NCBI RefSeq assembly: GCF_001447785.1
Contig: NW_015159767.1
Coordinates: forward strand, 261,205-325,204
Direction of reading: 5' to 3'
DNA: 64,000 nt
Source of the DNA: Gekko japonicus
Taxonomy: Eukaryota
The notes under the pieces were generated by a model. It searched no databases and was not told the DNA's origin. It worked only from the letters and a program-made list of their open reading frames with translations. This document shows positions 26,387 through 38,105 of the stretch, piece by piece. Both the position numbers and the translations under genes were made by a program. Position 1 is the stretch's first letter. Every line of letters starts with the position of its first letter.

Positions 26387-26882
26387 TGCCACATTGGGAA
26401 ATCCTGTTGTAGAATGAAGGGACCCCAAAATGCTCAGGAGAAGGACAGCCATATACATATTTTAAATAAATTAATAGATTGAAATAAAACAAGAGTCAAA
26501 AGTTACTTGATCTTGCATATGTGTGTGTGGGGTATATTCTGTTCTGTTTTCTAATGCAGGGCAACTTGGGTCTCACCTTCTTCTCTTCCCTAATTTAAAG
26601 CCCGATTGAACCACGATGTTTGGCTGCGGCTGAAGTGCTTTCCCGTGGGACTTTTGCATTTGCACAGAGTCTTGTTTAAACTGGGTTGCTCGCTTGGGAA
26701 GGGCATCGGTCCAAGACAAAAGACCCTCAGGAGAGTGCTTTCGCCTTGCCAACTTCACATTTACATCCAGCCCTAACGCATTATATCCGACGCGATTTGG
26801 TTGGCGAGAATGGCCAGGCTGTGTCAGGTGTGCCAGCATTCACTTCTTTCTCCCTTCTCTCCCTCCCTTTTTTCTCTTATAG

Positions 26883-26986
26883 CATTAAATCTTCATGGAA
26901 TATCTCTGTGGTGAAATTCTTGCTGGAGAAACTGAAGCATGAATTGGTATCAAATCACCACAATTATACAGACAAAGAGCTAAAAG
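26883..26986 (+). CDS. C14orf93: C14orf93 coding exon 4
   Basis: SIKSSWNISVVKFLLEKLKHELV...YTDKELK; |GTAAGA donor. Confidence 0.92.
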
Positions 26987-27463
26987 GTAAGATGGGGATG
27001 AATAAAAAAAAATTTCTTCCCGCATTGCATTTCTGGATGTTATTGCTATGGTGTATCCAAAACAGAAACATTTCCATTCCTCTTTCTCCCCCCGCCACAA
27101 CAGTCCTTTCCAATCCTTTCTTTTAAAAGGCGTTCTTGGCTGGAATTGAAATAAACATAGTTTTTGGAAAGGTTTCTCCAACAAATGGGGTTATGTGTGC
27201 ATGTGTTAACTATGGCGTCTATTGATAATATTTGTATTTTGTGTGTGTTTGTTTATTATTTACTACTTATTTATGGATTTTATACCTCTCTGCCCTCATC
27301 CGGGCCACCAAGCCACCTAACAGATTTAAAACAGACATAATAAAAACAAAACATTAAAACCAAGCTAAAACACACATATAAAAGCAACAATTAAACATAG
27401 GCAGCTAGGAGGAATCAATGAGGAAATGGCAGGTGAAACAAAAAAAGTCTTTACCCTCTGGTG

Positions 27464-27740
27464 GAAGAAGAAGAAGAGATTGGATTTATACCCCGCCCTT
27501 CACTTGGAGTCTCAGGGTGGCTTACAAACTCCTTTCCCTTCCCCTCCCCACAACAGACACCCTGTGAGGTAGGTGGGGCTGAGAGAGCTCTTGACAGAAA
27601 CTGCTCTTTTTCAAGGACAGCTGTGCCAGAGCTTGTGACTGACTCAAGGTCACATCAGCAGGTGCAAGTGAAGGAGTGGGGAATCAAACCCGGTTCTCCC
27701 AGATTAGAGTCCGCACACTTAACCACTACACCAAATTGGC
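27464..27740 (-). mobile_element. Squam3-like SINE
   Basis: Reverse-strand copy. Confidence 0.75.
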
Positions 27741-27951
27741 TCTCTGATATGGAAGAGGGCAAGAGAAGGGGACAGGCGAGTCTCCCTGGGGAGGGAGTTT
27801 CAGAGTCTAGGGGCCGTGACCGAGAAGGTCCCCTCCCAGGTATCCACCTGCCAAATCTCAGAAGGTAGGGGTGCCCAAAGCAGGGCCTTGGATGATGACC
27901 ACAGTGGTTGGGTAGATTAGATGGTCTTTCAGGGATACTGGTCCCAAGCTG

Positions 27952-28292
27952 TAAGGTAAAGGTTTCCCTTGCTTGAAAGCCAGTCGAATCTGACTCTAGG
28001 GGGTGGTGCTCATCTCCGTTTCCAAGCCAAAGAGCCAGCGCTGTCCAAAGACTTCTCCGTGGTCATGTGGCCAGCATGACTAGACGCTAAGGCGCACGGA
28101 ACGCTGTTACCTTCCCACCGAAGCGGTATTTATTTATCTACTTGCAATTTCTTGCTTAAGAATTGCTAGGCTGGCAGGAGCTGGGACCAGGGAAGGGAGC
28201 TCACTCCGTCACGCGGCACTCGGGTCTCGAACTGCCGAGCTACTGACCTTCTGGTCTGCAGTGAAGTGTCTTAACCACTGAGCCACCGTGGC
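27952..28292 (-). mobile_element. Sauria SINE, full length
   Basis: TSD CCCAAGCTGTA. Confidence 0.85.
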
Positions 28293-28862
28293 CCCAAGCT
28301 GTATAGGGTTTTAAAGGTCAACACCAGCATTTTGAATTGTGCCCGGAAACAAATGGGGAGACTATGTTGATGGGCCAATACTGGAGTTGACGTTTCTGAA
28401 CACGGTCAGCCCCACAGAGAGTAACAATGCTGTGATCTGGATGGAACCAGGGCACACACCCCAGTGGCCAGTTCTTTTTCTGCCCAGGAGAGACTTATAG
28501 TGGTCGGTACAAGGTACCTGGTCTACATAAAACTTTTAAAGTTAACATTCCGGCCTGCAGCTTTCTGTACCAGTTGACGTTTCTGAACACTTTTCGCGGT
28601 CAGCCCCACAGAGAGTAACAATGCTGTGATCTGGATGGAACCAGGGCACACACCCCAGTGGCCAGTTCTTTTTCTGCCCAGGAGAGGCCACAGCTGGCAA
28701 GTCTGAGCTGGTAAAAGGCGCTCCTTGCCATAGCTGTCCGCCTGCTCGTTCAGCCATCAGACTGGACGCAAGAGCAACTCCGAACAACAAACCTGTTCCT
28801 TCAAGGCGAGTGCAGCCTCATCCAGAACGGGTCCAAGGTCAGACCCTCCACTCCCCAGTAAC

Positions 28863-29241
28863 CAGGGGTCATTTCGTAAAAAAAGTGGAGCTCATTAGCA
28901 TAACTTATTTGCATATGCCACACCCCCTGACATCACCGGAAGTGTGTCGGAAGGCAACACCCACCGCTCAGCCTCCACTAGACTGTTTTGGATTGCTAGC
29001 TATTGGGGTGGGGTGGGGAATGTGCAGATCTGTCCTCGCAGAGGAGGGAGAGCTTGTACCTGAATAAAACTTGGTCTTAAAGGTGCCACTGGACTGTTTT
29101 GGGCTGAGGGGCTGGGGGTAGCTCTGCAACTTACCTAGCTGCTTCTTGCTCTGACTGAGGGCTGCTGGGAGCAGGGGGTGGGGCTTGTTGCATGTGCCCA
29201 CCCCCTGGGCTCTTTACTGCCGGAGCAGGAAATGACCCCTG
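28863..29241. mobile_element. hAT MITE family C
   Basis: Exact TSD CCAGTAAC. Confidence 0.88.
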
Positions 29242-29373
29242 CCAGTAACTCATCTTGTTGGGAATGAGCTCAGATTATTAGCCCACATCTGTTCCAAATC
29301 TGCCTCTAGCTCAGGGTTTCTACAACCCTTCATTTCATTTATACCCAACCTTTCTATCCGGGGGGGGGGGGGC

Positions 29374-30137
29374 NNNNNNNNNNNNNNNNNNNNNNNNNNN
29401 NNNNNNNNNNNNNNNNNNNNNNNNNNNNNNNNNNNNNNNNNNNNNNNNNNNNNNNNNNNNNNNNNNNNNNNNNNNNNNNNNNNNNNNNNNNNNNNNNNNN
29501 NNNNNNNNNNNNNNNNNNNNNNNNNNNNNNNNNNNNNNNNNNNNNNNNNNNNNNNNNNNNNNNNNNNNNNNNNNNNNNNNNNNNNNNNNNNNNNNNNNNN
29601 NNNNNNNNNNNNNNNNNNNNNNNNNNNNNNNNNNNNNNNNNNNNNNNNNNNNNNNNNNNNNNNNNNNNNNNNNNNNNNNNNNNNNNNNNNNNNNNNNNNN
29701 NNNNNNNNNNNNNNNNNNNNNNNNNNNNNNNNNNNNNNNNNNNNNNNNNNNNNNNNNNNNNNNNNNNNNNNNNNNNNNNNNNNNNNNNNNNNNNNNNNNN
29801 NNNNNNNNNNNNNNNNNNNNNNNNNNNNNNNNNNNNNNNNNNNNNNNNNNNNNNNNNNNNNNNNNNNNNNNNNNNNNNNNNNNNNNNNNNNNNNNNNNNN
29901 NNNNNNNNNNNNNNNNNNNNNNNNNNNNNNNNNNNNNNNNNNNNNNNNNNNNNNNNNNNNNNNNNNNNNNNNNNNNNNNNNNNNNNNNNNNNNNNNNNNN
30001 NNNNNNNNNNNNNNNNNNNNNNNNNNNNNNNNNNNNNNNNNNNNNNNNNNNNNNNNNNNNNNNNNNNNNNNNNNNNNNNNNNNNNNNNNNNNNNNNNNNN
30101 NNNNNNNNNNNNNNNNNNNNNNNNNNNNNNNNNNNNN
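29374..30137. other. Assembly gap (others at about 10825-10885, 40536-40629, 58337-58372)
   Basis: N runs, usually next to poly-G/C tracts. Confidence 0.99.
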
Positions 30138-30615
30138 CCGCTTCCGGCCCTCATTCAGGCAGGAGGAGGCAGAAGAGGGAGGGTAAGTTGCTTCCTCCCT
30201 GCCTCTCCCCACCCCTGCCTGCCTGGGGCCAGGGAGGGCCTTCACGGGGCTTCCTTGCACTCCCGCCAGCCTTGCAGGTCCGCTGCCGGGCCCCTCATGG
30301 GGCTCGGGAGTGGAGCTGCAAGGTCGGCAGCGGCCGGGACCATTGGGGGCGGGGTGTGTGCCCTTATGACACACTTCTGGTGATGTCAGGGGTGTGGCAT
30401 ATGCTAATGAGTTATGCTAATGAGTTCCCCTAGCTCTTTTTCTACGAAACGACCCCTGCATACAGTCATTAATTAATTACCACTACACCACATTGGCTCT
30501 GAAATGCTGGTTGTTTACTTCCATGCTATATAGTCTCCAGTCATTCATCTGCCCCTCGTTCCCGTCACTCTGCTTTCCCGACTTGTGATCACCTCACTTT
30601 TTAAAACTCTGCTAG

Positions 30616-30728
30616 GAGCCTGCGTGGCCTACTTTCTGACGAAGCGGCGCGAATACCGTAACTCACTCAACCCCTTCAAAGGTCTCAAAGAGAAGGAGGA
30701 GAAGAAACTGCGCAGCAGACGCTATCGG
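30616..30728 (+). CDS. C14orf93: C14orf93 coding exon 5
   Basis: GACVAYFLTKRREYRNSLNPFKGLKEKEEKKLRSRRYR; |GTAAGC donor. Confidence 0.92.
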
Positions 30729-31106
30729 GTAAGCCAGAAGTGCACCTCTCCATAACTTCAAGGGCTATTCCTGCACTATTGTTAACTCAAGAGGGCCACA
30801 CTGCTACGTTAACTGCCGAAAAGGCACGTTTGTCAGATTTTTAATCCAAATACATGTGTACATCCATTTGATTTTGGGATATTTGTAAACGAATAAAGCA
30901 AACATAAAATTCAGACTGCAGTGCGGGAGGCTGCTGCATCAGTATTCTTGCTCACATACCTCCGTTCGACAGATGAAGTTAGAGGCTGCATTCAGAATCG
31001 CAGATTAAAGAGAAGCGTACACAAACCCAGCTTGTTTGTGAGTTTGCACACAGGCCTGTTTTCTCTCTTCTCATACTGAGAATTGCAATTCAGTCTTAAC
31101 TTCAGG

Positions 31107-31277
31107 ACGGCCCCGTAGCTAGGGAATTCTTTGGGAGGGGGCCTCTGGGGGCCCCGCCAGCTAATTAAATGAAAGTACAGTGCAGGTGGTAAGTTGGAGC
31201 ACTTTGGGGGCAGCCCAGGAGGGAGGGGGCTCAGAAGAAACACTAGGGGGCCGGGCCCCATGTTAGCTACGGGCCAG
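31107..31277. mobile_element. Small MITE (TIR GGCCCGTAGCTA); second copy at about 40386-40640 spans a gap
   Basis: Inverted termini and shared interior. Confidence 0.65.
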
Positions 31278-32562
31278 CTTCAGGTGTTAGTCTGCCGGGT
31301 CCTACCTGGCAGCCAGGGGCAGGGGGGGGATCCTTGGTCCTCATCGGGATCTTCTGCTCAGTGACGTCACCCTCACCGGATGTGATGTCATCACATTGCT
31401 GATGTCGGGTGTGTGTGTGTGTGATGCTTTAGTTTCAGGGCAAAACATTTGTTAGCCAAGTATACCTCACTGAGCTCCACCCCCAAATCTCGAGGAACTT
31501 CCCAGCCCAGAGTTGGCAACAGTATTTACACATGATGTACAAATATAGGCGCACGGGTTAACCAGAGTCAGTTTGCTCCTCACTAAGTAGGATAATAAGC
31601 CTGATTTAAATCCTAGTTTTAGGATCCCGACCCAGTTAGTGGTGACGCGGGGAGATAATGCCCGTTAACCTGTCTTCATACATCCATGGTAACTGAAGTT
31701 ACAGTTTATGATTCTCAGTGCAAGAATGTTAGGGTGAAGAGGGAGGTGCATATGAGATAAACAACCACCTGGGTTCTTGCATGTTTTTCTTTAGCCACAT
31801 CTGAATGTAGCCAAATGCTCCCTCTAAGCTGTGGAGTCTTGTGAGCAAAAATTCTACTTTGCGAGCTGCTGGCATTAAAGTTGTGAGCGAGCGATTTGGC
31901 TGCTGCATCAGTTAGTTTGCTCTGGAGCCCTCCTTCCTGAGCTAAGACAAAAATGCGGGAGCCCGAGGCTAAAAAACTGTGAGCTAGCTCACACTAACTC
32001 AGCTTCGAGGGAACAGTGGCCATAGGTACCAAGCAGTGCTAGCATTCAGAAAACCATGCTAGGAAGAGATGCTACAACTCTTTTTGCTTTTCGAATTTAA
32101 AACATCTTGCAGCTTTACACGTCACAGTGTATACAGGGTGGGTCCGAGGTCCCCTCACTGCGTAGCTGTCACACCTGTTTTCCTAAATTCCCCCATATGC
32201 GGTGCCTAACTTGGATTGCAACAGCAGCATTCTTGAAGAAGGGGCTTCAGCCTTTCCCCCATTTTGTGGACCTGAATTATCTGGGGTGGGGTGCTGTTTG
32301 GCCCATTGGGGAAAACCACGAGTGTATACCTGGGTTCACCAACAGGCCACATAGCACACTCCTGTGACCACTGCAAGTCGTGAAAAATGGCAGAGGAGGA
32401 AAGACTGAAGCTTCTCCATGCGTACCACGGTCATAATGCAAATCAGACAGTGTGTGCATGGGAACTGAAGATAGCCTGTGAATCACATGTGAATGTTAAG
32501 CATGGTAGGGACCTTGGACCCAGCCTATATATTCCATAATGTATGAAGAGTGGTCTTGGGAG

Positions 32563-32764
32563 CAGTGTTCCCTCTAAGCTGAGTTGGTGTGAGCTAGAGG
32601 TTTTTTGCCTCTGGCTCACACATTTTTGTGTTAGCTCAGGAAGGAGGGCTCCGGGGCAAACTAATTTATGCAGTAGCCAAATTGCTTGCTCACAACTTTA
32701 ATGCCGGTAGCTCACAAAGCAGACTTTTTGCTCACGAGACTCCACAGCTTAGAGGAAAAGATTG
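32563..32764. mobile_element. hAT MITE family A
   Basis: Exact TSD CTTGGGAG. Confidence 0.85.
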
Positions 32765-35245
32765 CTTGGGAGTACAGCTGTAATCAGAACTTTCGATGGG
32801 GGATCACGAGCCCTTTATGGAGAAGAGGTATCTAACGTAACATTTCTTTTAAAAATATATACAAATGCCCTGTAATAATACTCTCCTGTGAGTCCATCTG
32901 TGATATGTGCATGCTGAATACATTCTATCAGTCGCATCAAATAAAATGTAGTTTAAAATTCAGTTTAGTTTGGATCATTAATACACGCAGTGATCAGCTT
33001 TTATTGTTCGTCTGTTTATTGTTCATTACATTTGAATTCCGACTGACTTCAGAATAAGCCAGGTTTATTTGAACTAGATGGGATTCTATGACGGTTTACA
33101 GTCTGATTCTAACAGTGCTAGAACAGAATTCCGCTAAATTCAATTATTGCTTAAAGCAGCAGTCCTGTGCACAATTATTTAGGATTAAACATCTGAGTAA
33201 ACATGCATAGGATTTAGCTTCATAGATGTTTCAAGCCACAGCATTCCTTCATGACCCTACGCATATTTGTCTGGCAGTAAGTGGACTGAACTGAGCTAGA
33301 CTTTCTTCAACTGAAGGCAGAATTTTAATGGCGATTTGCTTATTTAATGAGTATGATCAAATACGTTTTTCAGACTGAAAGAGGAAAATCCCGTTCCTGG
33401 CTTGTGGAGCGTCTATAAAGCATGTCATGCCATTAAGAGACTGCAGGGGAGTATCAGTTTAGGATAAAGGTTAGAGAAGAGGAGAGCAAAATGTGCCAAG
33501 GAAAGAGGGGGCTCATTAAAATGATGGTGAATGTTAAGAAAGCTTTTAAGCACAATGGATAAGACCGTCTGTCAGCAATGCCTTTAAAGCTGCAAACTCA
33601 CGAACACTTACTTGAAAGGAGATCCTACTGAATAAAATGGGACTTGTGCGTGAAAAGGGGCCATCAGGTCACAGCCAGTAGGGTTTTCAAAGGAAGAGAT
33701 AAAAGAGAATTGGTCTGCCAATTGCCTGCCTCTGTGTAGCAACCCCAGACTGCCTTGTTGGTCTCCCATCCATAGCTTCCTTACCTGGGCCAGGTAAAAT
33801 GGGACTTCTAAGTTATGTATAAAATTGTGCTGCAATGGGTGTGTGTGCATGCCATAGGGTGCTCTCAGCCAAAAAGACATGACTTGATCAAGCTTGTTAA
33901 ATAAACCGTCACTTTACTTCCAATTAGCTCTCTACCTAAGAGAAAAAGACAAAACCAAGCAACTTGGATCATTTAGCCTGCATTCCACTTGTTCTCCACG
34001 GCACTTATCAAAGCAGCAACAATCTTCCTTTGCAAAGATACCTGTTTGCATTGCAAATTGCCAGTCTGGGAGTGAGAGCTCTCTGCTGCCACCCACCAGT
34101 TCCTGTGCTTGCCGACGAAATGCTTCATAAGGGAGAGCTGTGACCTGCACATCTGCACTGAGCAGCTTCCAGGGGTTTTTATTTATTTTGTGTATTTTTG
34201 CATTTGTGTGCGCGCACATGCATGTGCGTGCCTGTGCTTGGAAGTCATGGTGACCTCTGGCGACTCCTACTGGGGTACGTTGGACGTTCAGAGAAGTGGC
34301 TTGATAGCCTGCCGCTGCTCCCCGGCCCTGGTATTCTTTGGAGGTCTCCCATCCAAATACTTTCAGGGTCGGCCCTGCTTTGCTTCCGAGATCTTCCGGT
34401 TTCAGTGAGAAGGTTGGCCACAAAGAATGCATAACTGAGATTCACCCAGGGTCTGAAAATAGGCAGAGGGCTGCAATACTCTGTTTGTCGGGGTCAGTCC
34501 CTGTTTTCTCTTGCCTGCCCCTTGTAAATGACGGTCCCCATTTTGTCCCTCTTTTTGCCTTGTTAGAATTTTGCTGGCATGAGTTGCTAGAACTGCCGTG
34601 CTTGGAGGTTCACCTCCCTTCCCAGAGAGGAATGTCTGAGTGGGTGTATCTTTTGTGCAATGCGTGTGTGTGTAAATGTATGTGTGTGACTAATTAGGGC
34701 TGCCAGCCTTGGGGTGGGGGGGCTGAAGATCTCCTGGAATAACAACAGAGATCAGTTCCCTTTGCTAAAATTACTGCTTTGGAGGGTGGACTCGATGACA
34801 TTATACCCAAGTGAGGTCCCTGTCCTCCCCAGGCTCCACCCTCAAATCACCAGGAGTTTCCCAGCCTGGAGTTGGCAACCCTGTGTCATGCTCAGCTTGC
34901 CACTTGGCACACTGCATTGGTGAAGCTGGATTTCTTTCTTTATTTATAGTTGGCCTCCCTTGCTGAGACCCAGAGTGGAGTTTTGCATTTTGAAAAGTCG
35001 GAGAAATTGTTGGATTTTTGATAACTGATAGTAGGATAGTGTTAACGCTTTTCTCAAATGTTTTAGCCAAAAGTACAAAGGTTGTTTTAGCTTTTAAAAG
35101 AGTGCAGGACAGGCGAACACAGGGGAGCAGGAAGTACGGCCTTCAGCCCTGTGCGAAGGGGGCAGTGATCCTTGGAATGTATTCTGATACCAAGCGTTAC
35201 AAGCCATAGGGTTGCTAATTTTGGGTTAGGAAAGTCCTGAAAGAG

Positions 35246-35525
35246 TCAGTTTGGTGTAGTGGTTCAGAGTGCAGACTCTAATCTGGGAGAATCAGGTTTG
35301 ATTCCCCACTCCTCCACATGCAGCTGCTAGCGTGCCCTTGGGTCAGTCATAAGTTCTTTCAGAGCTGTTCTCTCAAGGGCAGTTCTCTGGAGAGCTCTCT
35401 CAGCCCCACCTCCCTCACAGGGTGTCTGCTGTGGGGAGGGGGAGGGAAAGGAGCTTGTAAGCCGCTCTGAGATGCCTTCGGGTAGTGAAGGGCGGGGTAT
35501 AAATCCAATCTCCTCCTCTTCTTCT
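35246..35525 (+). mobile_element. Squam3-like SINE
   Basis: Similar to the 5676 copy. Confidence 0.72.
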
Positions 35526-35687
35526 AGAATGGAGGCTGGTGAGGGACAGGGTTTGGGGAGGTGAGGCAACTCAGTGGGGCATAATGCCATCCAGATCACT
35601 CCGAAAAGCTGCCATTTTCTCCAAGGCATCTGATCTCTGTAGTCTGGAAGTCCCAAGAATGTCCCAGTTTTCCTCTGAAGTGTCCGT

Positions 35688-36018
35688 AAAGGTAAAGGTT
35701 TCCCTTGCTCGAAAGCCAGTCTAATCCGAATCTAAGGTTGCGGCGCTCATTTCCAAGCCGAAGAGCCGGCGCTGTCCGAAGATGTTTCCGTGGTCATGTG
35801 GCCAGCATGACTAAACGCCGAGGCGCATGGAACACTGTTACCTTCCCACCGAAGCAGTCCCTATTTATCTACTTGCAATTTCTTGCTTTCAAACGGCTAG
35901 GTTGGCAGGAGCTGGGGCCAGCGACGGGAGCTCACTCCGTCATGCTCGGGTCTCCAACTGCTGGACTACCGACCCTCCGGCCTGCAGTTCAGCGTCTTAA
36001 CCACTTGAGCCACAGCAG
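35688..36018 (-). mobile_element. Sauria SINE, full length
   Basis: AAAGGT tail and tRNA-like head. Confidence 0.85.
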
Positions 36019-36275
36019 CTCAAGTGTTAGAGGCTGTTTAATCTCATCATGGGCCGTACGCTGTGCGGGTCCAGAGTCTGAGGACAGTTCTGTCGCCCTC
36101 CATTTGAGACAATTCGGCAGGAGAATGTGAAGGAAGAACCAGGTTGGGGAGAGAGAGGTTTGGAAAGAGCAAAACGGGACACGTGAAGCCAGCAGTGGTG
36201 AGAAACTGCAGGGGTGGAACCAAACATGGTATTCTTAGAATGACTCATTACGCTTTCTCTTCTCTTGCCCACCAG

Positions 36276-36656
36276 CTTTTCGCAAACCGCTCGGGGGTGG
36301 CGCGTCTCCTGGGGCCGGAGGAGCAGCGCTTGTGGCAGGGTGTCACCGAAGAGCTCATGTCGGACGAGGAGGACAGCCTGAGCGAGCCGGGGGTGTGGGT
36401 GGCACGCCCCCCGCGGTTCCGTGCCACTCCGCTCACCCAGCTCTGCTACCGGCTCGACGCCAACTCGAAGCACGGCACCAAAGCCAACCGGGTCTACGGG
36501 CCGCCCTCGGATCGCTTGCCCTCCGCCGAAGTCCAGCTCCTGCCCCTCCACCTTTACAACGCCCATTTTCAAGAGGAAGAATCCGGGGCTTGCCACAAAG
36601 GCTTCTGCCCCGACCTCAGCTCCTTTGTGGAGATCAAGGTGGAAAAGGATGAGTGA
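36276..36656 (+). CDS. C14orf93: C14orf93 last coding exon
   Basis: LFANRS...EELMSDEEDSL...EIKVEKDE-TGA; spliced CDS 1440 nt. Confidence 0.93.
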   Translation, partial: LFANRSGVARLLGPEEQRLWQGVTEELMSDEEDSLSEPGVWVARPPRFRATPLTQLCYRLDANSKHGTKANRVYGPPSDRLPSAEVQLLPLHLYNAHFQEEESGACHKGFCPDLSSFVEIKVEKDE

Positions 36657-37147
36657 CCAAAGATGGCCGAGTTTAACACAGCCGCCAGAATAAGGGGGAG
36701 TAGAGAGGGCTGTGAGAGACACAACAACTGCCCACCGTAGGCCCTTCTTCAGGATGGGGAGAGATGCAAGTGGTCTGCCAGGCCCTAAATCGTGTTTATG
36801 GAATAAGACACCCCGTTATGGGTGAAGATAGAGAAGAGTCAGGGACTGGGGCAGGCAGAACGGGAAAAGAACTCTCCAGAATAAAAAAGGGAGACGTGTA
36901 TTCAGGGAGCCAACAGGAGAGGCATGAAGTGGACAGGATTACAAAGGCAATCTGATACACACCAGGAGTTCTTATTCAACAGGGCTCCATTACGGGCACG
37001 GTGGAATCAGGAACTGGAGAGAACTCTGCAGCTCCTCTCAGGGGGCGTCCTTGAGTACCTGGCGCCAAAATGTTGACAAAGGTTCGCTAAAGAGAGGGGA
37101 ATTGTTTTCTATTTAGCAGACCTGCTCTTGGGGCTGCAGGGCATCAT

Positions 37148-37291
37148 AGAAGCCAGGGAAACCTCTTGCTGGACATCTTTATTGAGAGCGATGGGAGAAG
37201 CCAGGGAAACCTCTTGCTGGGCATCTTTATTGAGAGCGATGGGAGAAGCCAGGGAAACCTCTTGCTGGGCATCTTTATTGAGAGCGATGGG
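37148..37291 (+). repeat. Minisatellite 3 x 48 bp
   Basis: AGAAGCCAGGGAAACCTCTTGCTGGRCATCTTTATTGAGAGCGATGGG x3. Confidence 0.95.
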
Positions 37292-37827
37292 TTTAAAGAG
37301 GCGACATAAAAGGTGCTTACGGAACGTATTCGCCCTCTGTTACGTGTCTTTTTCTTGGCTTTTATTCCTTAAGACCCGAGAGGCAATGAATGGACAAACA
37401 ACTTGGGGAGGGGGGAGAGTGGAGTTTATTAGGGTGCCGAGATAGACGTTTGTACTGGAGCGGGGACATCCCTTGAAACAGAAAGACTTCCTTTCTGTAA
37501 ACATACTTTCCCCTCCGTCTTTGTTTTTCTGCATGCTAGGGTTAGAGCACAGCAATCTGTAGATTAGAGCAACAGTCCATTGGTCTGGCATAGGGTTTCT
37601 TGCAATGGCCAACTAGGTACCCCAGAAATTCTACAAGTAGGGCACAGAGGCCTGTGCGACCAAAGTTGTCCCCCAAAACTGGGATTCATAAGGTTATTAC
37701 CTCTTAGGTCTAATAGCCATCAATGGATCTGTCCCCCATAAACCTGTCCCCTTTCAAAGGCATTGAAGTGGCAGCTGCCCTCACCTTCTGTGGCAGCAAA
37801 TCCTGCAAACCAATCAGTCTCTGAGTG

Positions 37828-38105
37828 GCCAGTTTGGTGTAGTGGTTAAGTGCACCGACTCTAATCTGGGAGAACCGGGTTTGATTCCCTGCTCCTCCAC
37901 TTGCACCTGGCTGGATGACCTTGGGCAGGCTGTAGTTCTGACAAGAGCTGTCCTTGAAAAAGAGCAGTTTCTGTCAGAGCTCTCTCAGCCCCACCTACCT
38001 CACGGGGTGTCTGTTGTGGGGAAGGGAAAGGAGTTTGTAAGCCGCTCTGAGACTCCTTTGGGTAGTGAAGTGCGGGGTATAAATCCAATCTCTCCTTCTT
38101 CTTTC
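37828..38105 (+). mobile_element. Squam3-like SINE
   Basis: Similar to the 5676 copy. Confidence 0.75.

Noticed and set aside
29250-30374. 374 and 266 aa ORFs
   Set aside because: Artefacts of translating the N gap.
37148-37291. CRISPR-like array
   Set aside because: Eukaryotic DNA; contiguous units with no spacers.
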